64,000 bases of DNA from an uncultured Nitrospina sp. (GTDB lineage Bacteria > Nitrospinota > Nitrospinia > Nitrospinales > VA-1), in NCBI GenBank assembly GCA_913045445.1, contig CAJWQP010000002.1, positions 5,184 through 69,183 on the forward strand, read 5' to 3'. The notes under the pieces were generated by a model, which was not told the origin of the DNA, made no database searches, and worked only from the letters and a program-made list of their open reading frames with translations. The stretch's first letter is position 1; each line of letters begins with the position of its first letter. This document shows positions 45,142 to 52,237 of the stretch, piece by piece. A program made the translations under genes and the position numbers.

Positions 45142-45999
45142 ATGAGAACTCAATTTCGCGAATTTAAAGACTACTACAAGGTCCTTGGCATCTCCGAAGC
45201 CGCTGTCGAAAAGGATATCAAAAAGGCCTATCGAAAACTTGCGCTCGAACATCACCCCGATCACAATAAGAATGCCCCTGATAGCGAAGAAAAGTTCAAG
45301 CAAATCACCGAAGCCTATGGAGTCCTCATAGACCCTCTCAAGCGGAGTCAGTATGATCGCTTCCGAACTGACTATCTTGCGGGAAGAACTGATGAGTCTT
45401 CACAGTTTGGATATTCACAGCAGGATATATTCGAAGAGATGTTCCGTAACGGATTCGGCAAAGATATTTTTGAAGAATTAAATAGAGAGTTCTCGCGATC
45501 GGGATTTCGATCTGGCAACGCATTTTTTAAAACAACATTGCTGGGGGGAGCTTTGGGGGGAATAGTACGTGTTCTGGGAATGATTCCTGGCCCCATTGGC
45601 AGAGTTGGACAAGGGCTTCGGCTGGCACACATCGTTGGAACATCCTTGTTTGCCATGAAAAAAATGCACGATGCCAAATCTACCGGCAGAACAGGAGTGG
45701 ACGGCTCAAATAAGGAACCTGACATTATAGGTTCTGTTAAAAAAATATTCACAGGTCACCAGACTGCAAGCGTAACGGATCCTCTTGATTTTACTCTTGC
45801 CATGACCATTCCCCCGGCGGAAGCCCTTGCCGGGACAAATAAAAAAGTATCTTATGAGGTCGACGGCAATTCGGAGCAATTGATCATTCGCATACCAAAG
45901 AATTTTCCGGATGGCGGCAAGCTCAGAATAAAAGAAAAGGGACATCTTAAAAGCGGAAAACGTGGCGACCTGATACTCCAGATAAAAGTAAGCTCTTGA
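45142..45999 (+). CDS. J-domain protein with a single DnaJ/CbpA-type C-terminal beta-domain
   Basis: DYYKVLGISEAAVEKDIKKAYRKLALEHHPDHN...ITEAYGVLIDPLKRSQYD (HPD present). It has a Gly-rich hydrophobic middle. The C-terminus is GTNKKVSYEVDG...IRIPKNFPDGGKLRIKEKGH...GDLILQIKV. Confidence 0.8.
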   Translation: MRTQFREFKDYYKVLGISEAAVEKDIKKAYRKLALEHHPDHNKNAPDSEEKFKQITEAYGVLIDPLKRSQYDRFRTDYLAGRTDESSQFGYSQQDIFEEMFRNGFGKDIFEELNREFSRSGFRSGNAFFKTTLLGGALGGIVRVLGMIPGPIGRVGQGLRLAHIVGTSLFAMKKMHDAKSTGRTGVDGSNKEPDIIGSVKKIFTGHQTASVTDPLDFTLAMTIPPAEALAGTNKKVSYEVDGNSEQLIIRIPKNFPDGGKLRIKEKGHLKSGKRGDLILQIKVSS

Positions 46000-46069
46000 A
46001 AAGTTTCCACACTCCTGGCACCCAACTTATCTCAAACCCAAACATGAACCTCTCAATCAGGATTTCAAG

Positions 46070-46765
46070 ATGAAGAGAGAAGAGATCGTCTTATTCTGGC
46101 GTCGGTTCTTCACGGATCTTTTAACAGGAACTTTAGTTAATCTTATTTTGTTTTGTGCCTTGGGCTTGGCCCTTGGCATGGCTGGATTATACGCATTGGA
46201 TGCCATCTTCCTTGAAGAGCTGGAGTGGAATAAGTGGCTGGAAGGTTTGATTTTCACACTGGCATTTGGCTGGTACGCGATACTTGGAATTATTCACGGT
46301 ATCGGCGCTTGCGCGATTCATACTGCAGGAAGAAAACTGGCGGAAGCTATGACTGGAATCCATGGTTTACTCGATCTGATCACTAAAGGACTGGTAGAAA
46401 AAATTCCACGCATCAACAAAAATATACCCCGAGAGCAACTGGAAGAAACTTTTGACGGAATAGGAAAAAATTTCCTAACGCAGTTGAGGCTTAAAAAAGG
46501 TGTTACCGCACTTTTTGCGTGGCTGGTGTATGGGGCTATTCTCAAAGGCCTTAAGTTTTTCTTTCTGGATGATGTGGTTGAAGAGCTGGCTAAAAAGGAA
46601 TCTGGAGACATTACCTCCGTTGACGTAGAACACGCCGTTCGGCGAGTTGGCGTCGAGGTGATCATATCCCCCATTCTCGATAATTTTGTTCTACTGCAAA
46701 TCCTAAACGTGATTGCCCTCCTCTTTACCTTTGGTTTCCCACTGGGAGCCCTCTACTTACTGTGA
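46070..46765 (+). CDS. hypothetical integral membrane protein (231 aa)
   Basis: Several hydrophobic helices flank a charged central region. No domain was recognised. Confidence 0.5.
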   Translation: MKREEIVLFWRRFFTDLLTGTLVNLILFCALGLALGMAGLYALDAIFLEELEWNKWLEGLIFTLAFGWYAILGIIHGIGACAIHTAGRKLAEAMTGIHGLLDLITKGLVEKIPRINKNIPREQLEETFDGIGKNFLTQLRLKKGVTALFAWLVYGAILKGLKFFFLDDVVEELAKKESGDITSVDVEHAVRRVGVEVIISPILDNFVLLQILNVIALLFTFGFPLGALYLL

Positions 46766-46769
46766 CAAA

Positions 46770-47048
46770 ATGGATAAAATCCTTACCGGACTGGTGGACT
46801 ACACCGTTTATCATTTTGGTAGCGAGGAGAAATTGTTCGAGCAACATGGCTGTCCGGAAACCCGGGAACACATTGAAAAGCTTAAGAAACTGGTGGGACG
46901 GGTTTCTGACTTTTATGAAAGTTTTAAAAAAGGCGATGCCGAGGTGAACTTCGACCTGATGGAGTTCCTCAAGGACTGGTTGAACAACCATATTAAAGGA
47001 ACGGATAAAAAGTACGGTGCGTTCTTCAATTTCAAGGGAGTGAATTAG
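46770..47048 (+). CDS. hemerythrin-like protein, N-terminally truncated/degenerate
   Basis: LVDYTVYHFGSEEKLF...REHIEKLKKLVG...FLKDWLNNHIKGTDKKYG aligns to the C-terminal two-thirds of bacteriohemerythrins. The first helix (IDxQH) is absent and the second His of the HxxxH pair is Leu. Confidence 0.6.
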   Translation: MDKILTGLVDYTVYHFGSEEKLFEQHGCPETREHIEKLKKLVGRVSDFYESFKKGDAEVNFDLMEFLKDWLNNHIKGTDKKYGAFFNFKGVN

Positions 47049-47064
47049 GGTAGTTCTCTGTTCG

Positions 47065-48840
47065 TCAGGCCAGTGTTTCCAAGCGGGACTTGATATCATC
47101 TTTCTGATGATGTCCGAGGTAGAGAAGTCCATCGGACAATGAATAATTATCGGGAAAAGTCATGACTTCGCGGTTAATTTTTTCCTGCAACTCGTGGTAC
47201 AGCTTTTCCGCCTCGTCAAAGCTGAGACCAATACTGCCCTTATAGGAATACCCCAGGCCGAGGTCATGGCCCGGCGGAATCTGCAACTCGCTTATCCCCC
47301 ACTCAGATGGATTACTTTCAATGGGAGTCCCCTTCTCCAGATCAAACTGAGAAATGATGCAGGAGAATCCGGGCGAATCGAGCAACCTGCGGTTGTTGAC
47401 CACGAAATCAACAGACTCCCTGGCTTCCGCTTCAGTCTCTGTTGGGAAGCCGGTAATAAGGTAGAAGTGCATGGCGATGCCTATGCGAAGACACTCCTCC
47501 ACCGTTTTGTCAATCACCTCAACATCAACACCCTTCTTCATGGCGTCCAATACTCGCTGACTGTAAGACTCAAGGCCAAAAATCAACTTCCTCAATCCAG
47601 ACTGATACAAAAGCTCCATCCGGTTTTCAGTCAGCAGACTTTTTTCAAACTTCAACTCACCCGTCCACTGGATATCAAGTTTTGCCTCGACAATTTTAGA
47701 CGCAAAAGTACGCATGAAATTGATCGGAAGCGCTTCATCGGTAAAGAAGAAATAATTGCAATCGTATTTCTCCTTCAGGTTGCGCACATCATCAACCACA
47801 TTCTCTGCGTAGCGCACATGGAAATCCATGTGATCGAAAGGAATGGAGCAAAACGCGCATCTTTCCCAGTAACATCCGCGCGACCCCATGAGCGGCAGGC
47901 ATCGTTCAGGAGAAAGATACAAGTCGAAAGGCATACCGTCAAAATCGGGTGTCGGCAGTTTATTCAAATCTTCTTTGGCAAAAGGACGGTTTACCACCAC
48001 CTTACCCTTATCTTCCCATACGAGGTTAGGGATTTTCGACAAGTCGCCTCCCCCTCTGTACTCCTGTACTAGCTTCAATAGAGGGGTTTCGCCTTCATGA
48101 ACGATAATGCTATCCAAAAACTGAAATACAGGAGACCCGTCACGCTCTATCCGGTCCACCAGCTTGGTAAACACACTACCGCCAACGGTGATATGAATGT
48201 CGGGAGCAGACTGCTTAACCAGATACGCAAGGGTGAGCCCTGGAATTATCTGTTCGACCGAGGTGATCGATACTCCAAGGATATCTATATCTTCCTTTAG
48301 AATGGATGGAAGGTAATGTTCCTTATAAATATCGTAGAAAAAATTTTCATTTGGATTTTTAAACGAATCGAAAATTTCCTGCGTCGAATACGGTGAATAA
48401 CGCAACTGACTCCCGATAACTGTGAGTTGGGAAGGATAATAGGGCGCCAGAATATTATCAAGCCACACATCAATAATCTTGAGGCTCTCCATATAACGAT
48501 CAAGATCGTAGAAATCTTCACAACGCAGAGAATCCTTCGCCGCATCAATTTCATATTTGAGCGCAGGAATCGCCTCATCCGCTTCTCGCAGTTTTGCATA
48601 CTTTTCCTGTTCAAACTGGGAGTGCCTGGGTTTCGATCCCAATTCATTCAACTCATTGATGATTCGCTCATAAAGCGGTTTGGTCTTTTCCCAGGTGCAA
48701 AGATGATCAAGCAATTCAATAGCAAGGTCTCTTTGTTTCACATCATGAATACCATGCATATGCAGGTACCCTTTGAGACTGGGCAGGCTCAGGTATGGCT
48801 GAGATGGGTGCCACGATGAGGGAAAAACTAAATAAACCAT
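47065..48840 (-). CDS. B12-binding-domain radical SAM protein
   Basis: 591 aa. The N-terminal region is typical of class B rSAM (SLPSLKGYL...DIDILGVS). The cluster motif GCYWERCAFCS is CX4CX2C rather than CX3CX2C. Confidence 0.8.
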   Translation of the reverse strand: MVYLVFPSSWHPSQPYLSLPSLKGYLHMHGIHDVKQRDLAIELLDHLCTWEKTKPLYERIINELNELGSKPRHSQFEQEKYAKLREADEAIPALKYEIDAAKDSLRCEDFYDLDRYMESLKIIDVWLDNILAPYYPSQLTVIGSQLRYSPYSTQEIFDSFKNPNENFFYDIYKEHYLPSILKEDIDILGVSITSVEQIIPGLTLAYLVKQSAPDIHITVGGSVFTKLVDRIERDGSPVFQFLDSIIVHEGETPLLKLVQEYRGGGDLSKIPNLVWEDKGKVVVNRPFAKEDLNKLPTPDFDGMPFDLYLSPERCLPLMGSRGCYWERCAFCSIPFDHMDFHVRYAENVVDDVRNLKEKYDCNYFFFTDEALPINFMRTFASKIVEAKLDIQWTGELKFEKSLLTENRMELLYQSGLRKLIFGLESYSQRVLDAMKKGVDVEVIDKTVEECLRIGIAMHFYLITGFPTETEAEARESVDFVVNNRRLLDSPGFSCIISQFDLEKGTPIESNPSEWGISELQIPPGHDLGLGYSYKGSIGLSFDEAEKLYHELQEKINREVMTFPDNYSLSDGLLYLGHHQKDDIKSRLETLA

Positions 48841-48924
48841 AATCTTATTTAATATATCCGCTAAAAACGGAATCGTTTACGAAATACGCTCGACTTTAAA
48901 AGGTTCCTCTTTTAAGAATCCCTC

Positions 48925-49242
48925 TTAAGGTTTAGGAGCCATAAAGACCAGCATCACCAATTTATCCTGTGTATGATTGAGCACCCCATGGTCTTCTCCT
49001 GCCGGGGCTATCGTAATTTCATCAGGGCCCAGCTCTTTTTCTTCGGACCCAACCGTCACCAGTCCTCTCCCCTTGAGGACATAATAGATCTTGTCGGACT
49101 CGCCATGCGAATGCACTTTCTGCGACTGCCCCGGTTCAAAGCAATATATATCACAGAAGAAATTATCCGTATCAAAAAGCCCGACTTTCTTTAATTTTTC
49201 CGGATTAAACTCAACAACATCACCAAGCTTCACAATTTTCAT
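48925..49242 (-). CDS. cupin-domain protein
   Basis: 105 aa. GQSQKVHSHGESDKIYYVLKG...PAGEDHGVLN contains the two cupin His-containing motifs. Confidence 0.7.
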   Translation of the reverse strand: MKIVKLGDVVEFNPEKLKKVGLFDTDNFFCDIYCFEPGQSQKVHSHGESDKIYYVLKGRGLVTVGSEEKELGPDEITIAPAGEDHGVLNHTQDKLVMLVFMAPKP

Positions 49243-49585
49243 AATTATCGCTCAAAAAATAATTAAAGAAATTTTCCTATTGCTTCAGTGTCCCGATAAA
49301 AATCATTATATGTGTAAAAGATCTGACACATTTTCACAAGCCAAAGGGAGGTTCAACCGTTTATTTCATAGGGTTATAGGATTCTACCACAGATCAGAAA
49401 GACGACCAATGAAATTGAACCATAAACATGGTCCGAAAAAATCAGACGTATTGACTTCCAAGGCAATATCCTCTATTTTTATTTAAAATCTTAAAAATCG
49501 GTCATGAGAGAAACAGTCGTCGCATGCGGAATGACATGCAGAAATGACGAAAACGCATTGAGTGATATCCATTAAAACAGGATAA

Positions 49586-49662
49586 CGGGACGTGGCGCAG
49601 TCTGGTAGCGTACTCGACTGGGGGTCGAGTGGTCGGAGGTTCAAATCCTCTCGTCCCGACCA
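49586..49662 (+). tRNA. tRNA-Pro (anticodon GGG), CCA encoded
   Basis: Manual cloverleaf: acceptor CGGGACG/CGTCCCG, D stem GCGC/GCGT, anticodon stem CTCGA/TCGAG with loop CT-GGG-GG, T arm GGAGG-TTCAAAT-CCTCT, discriminator A, then CCA. Confidence 0.9.
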
Positions 49663-50053
49663 TTTTTGAGATTTGCCCCCCTTGATCCTTCATAATGAAA
49701 TGGAGAAATGCATGCTCCCCCGCCAACTGATGACATCTATGATATCCTCGCCATTTCTGAGAAAGATGTCACTTCTATTAAAGAAAAAACTGAAGGGGTT
49801 TTTGACACCACTGTTGCTTCTTTTCTTCACTAATTCGCCACAACAGACAAACCACTGAAACTCCTCCATGACATGGGATAATTCGTTGCTGGATTGAGAA
49901 ACATACTGGAAGGGGTATGGTTAGAGATCAAGGACGTAAGTCCTGAGGAGCTTGAAATATGATGGTGATAATGCTCATGGTATCTGAGCCAGTCAACCGA
50001 TACTTGACGTTGGTCGCCTTAACCTGCCAAGAGACTTAAATTGATACTGGCCT

Positions 50054-50197
50054 TCATCTGGCCCCTAAAACAAATGCGGAACCCACATGCCACACAAAAG
50101 AAAAAAGAACCACCAGAATCCCAAAAACCATCAGTCGCCTGTTGATTTTTTCCCGTCGTCTATCCTCTTTAGGTCTTTCAGGTTCAGCATCCGCCAT
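50054..50197 (-). CDS. hypothetical small membrane protein (47 aa)
   Basis: MADAEPERPKEDRRREKINRRLMVFGILVVLFSFVWHVGSAFVLGAR has a charged N-terminus plus one TM helix. The SD is weak. Confidence 0.2.
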   Translation of the reverse strand: MADAEPERPKEDRRREKINRRLMVFGILVVLFSFVWHVGSAFVLGAR

Positions 50198-50407
50198 TCA
50201 TCAAGCCTTTAAAATTACACTAGAGACTTCTATTGTAAAGGTCCTAATTATACTAACCTTAGAATCAAATATGTCAAATGTAGTATCCTCCGGCAAAATA
50301 AGCATTCTACTAAAAATATTTTAATTGCTCATTATTCAGCATCAGGGCAAAATAGCTGTAGGAATGAATAAATTTGTATCTCCAGAGACAAGTTAATCCG
50401 GGGAAAA

Positions 50408-50980
50408 ATGAAAATACTCAAATTTATCGTTTGGCTTACTGTAGTTTTCTCTGCAGGGTGCTCACAAAGACATTATATTGCCATAAATCCTCATGTTCCG
50501 GTGACCCCGCATAATTTTAGTAAACCCAAGCCTGTCGGACTGAAAGTGATCGATGCCCGTTCGGGAAACAAAATTGCCCAATGGCGCGGTGATTTTTATA
50601 TCCGGAAATTCACTGTCAGCCCCGATTCAGACATCACAGACGTGATGCATCAAAAAATTAGTGAAGGATTATTTCGAATCGGGTTTCAACCAAAAAGGAT
50701 GGAGAAGATGCCCACCAAAACCCTCCGGGTTGAAATTGTCCGGCTTAAAAGCAGGTACAAACAAAACCTCCCTGTCATGAGTGTCAAAATTCAATCGATT
50801 TTGCGGGCACGCTGTAAAAATGAGGGGAAAAGCTACACAGGAACCTATAGCGATAAAAAAGAGTTAAATTCAGCTCCTGCAAGCACATTTCCCAACGAAA
50901 ATCTAATCAATGACTCCCTGTCAGACACATTGAGAAAAATGTTCAAAGACAAAAGATTAATTTCCTGCCTTGCCGAATAA
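50408..50980 (+). CDS. lipoprotein, YajG-like size and architecture (tentative)
   Basis: The lipobox VFSAGC follows a signal peptide. 190 aa. The resemblance to the YajG family is by architecture only. Confidence 0.5.
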   Translation: MKILKFIVWLTVVFSAGCSQRHYIAINPHVPVTPHNFSKPKPVGLKVIDARSGNKIAQWRGDFYIRKFTVSPDSDITDVMHQKISEGLFRIGFQPKRMEKMPTKTLRVEIVRLKSRYKQNLPVMSVKIQSILRARCKNEGKSYTGTYSDKKELNSAPASTFPNENLINDSLSDTLRKMFKDKRLISCLAE

Positions 50981-51083
50981 TCCGGCAAAAAACAAATCCA
51001 CACGTGTCAATTAATATTTGCCTTCCCATCGGATTTATAGTTAAATCCCTTCAGGCCATCAGTATATTTTCAGGACGTAGAGC

Positions 51084-51269
51084 TTGGGGGTTTCCATAGG
51101 GAAACCTGTTTTTAGAGCCTTGTTCCCGGAAAACTATATCACCATCACTGGCACCTCCCGCGCTACCGCGACCAGGGATTTGCAAGATTTGGTAAAAAAG
51201 AAAGCCCTGACCAAAACAGGCGAGTTCAAAGATACGCGGTATTGTCTAAAGATAAGATCAAAAGAATGA
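51084..51269 (+). pseudogene. C-terminal remnant of a Fic/DOC-family protein (winged-helix tail)
   Basis: ENYITITGTSRATATRDLQDLVKKKALTKTGEFKDTRYCL matches the typical Fic C-terminal wHTH. No Fic core (HxFxxGNGR) lies upstream. Confidence 0.45.
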
Positions 51270-51504
51270 CGTTTTGTTTTCAGCTACTATTTCATACGAA
51301 ATCCCCCCAACCTCGTGGTGACCGCACGAACGCATTTTGAGTCTTCTGGCGTATTCTAAGGCTCTATTGTATTTACCGCCCCTCCCCCTGCTGTTTTCCT
51401 CTTACACCCGGTGCAATGGCCCTGAAACCTGCGACCATAGTTTCCTTAGTTTACAAGGGTTTATCTGAATATAGCTGGATACAGGCTATCTTTGAACAAA
51501 TCAG

Positions 51505-51534
51505 TTGACAGTAAAACGATCTACCTTATATACT
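51505..51534 (+). promoter_or_regulatory. sigma70-type promoter of the nuoE-G-D unit
   Basis: TTGACA (51505-51510), an 18-nt spacer, then TATACT (51529-51534). Confidence 0.45.
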
Positions 51535-51682
51535 TCGACCTCCAACCTTCCCAAAGTAGCGCTGAGGGTTTAAGTTTTCGATAGTTAAGAGATTTTATAG
51601 TTCTCAGGCTCACCTCCTGCGATGGGTAAAATATAATCGAAGAGGGTTGGAATATCCTTTTAATCAAGGAGCTTTATTGATT

Positions 51683-52237
51683 ATGGAAACCAAAGAAACC
51701 GAAGTCACTGATCAGGAAACTGCCGAGGAGGAAGAAATAGACTTGGCACCGGTGCATGAGATACTGGACAGCTTTCCCAGCAAGAGCCGACGGTACATGA
51801 TTCCCATGTTACAAAAAATCCAGGGAGTCTATCGGTATCTGCCTGACAAAGCGATTCGGCTTTTGATGGAGGCGCTGGAAGTCACTCGAGCCGAGGTGTA
51901 TGGGGTGATTTCTTTTTACCCGCAACTACTCACTACCGAGCCAGGAAAATACATTATCAAACTCTGCTATGGAACCGCTTGTTTTGTCAAGGGTGCACCG
52001 GCCATCGAAGGCAAAATTCATGAGCGTTACCACATACGGGCGGGAGAAACGGATGACACCAAGCTATTCACTCTGCAAACTGCCTCCTGTCTGGGCAACT
52101 GCGGCGCCGCGCCTATGGCCCTCATCGGTGATGATACTCATGGAACGATCGATCCTGAAGCTACTCTGGAGTTGCTTGGCGCATATAAATTGGAAGACGA
52201 ATCTGAGGAACCGGCCGAGGAGACTACCAGCGAATGA
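51683..52237 (+). CDS. nuoE: NADH-quinone oxidoreductase subunit E-like [2Fe-2S] protein
   Basis: The ATG at 51683 with an aaggag SD is preferred over the TTG at 51647. It has the CYGTAC...ASCLGNCGAAP cluster motifs and acidic N- and C-terminal extensions. Confidence 0.8.
   Translation: METKETEVTDQETAEEEEIDLAPVHEILDSFPSKSRRYMIPMLQKIQGVYRYLPDKAIRLLMEALEVTRAEVYGVISFYPQLLTTEPGKYIIKLCYGTACFVKGAPAIEGKIHERYHIRAGETDDTKLFTLQTASCLGNCGAAPMALIGDDTHGTIDPEATLELLGAYKLEDESEEPAEETTSE

Noticed and set aside
51312-51324. Possible att-like repeat of the tRNA-Pro 3' end (ctcgtggtgaccg versus ctcgtcccgacca)
   Set aside because: Only about 10 of 13 positions match, and the match is short. It is not distinguishable from chance by eye, so no island boundary is claimed.
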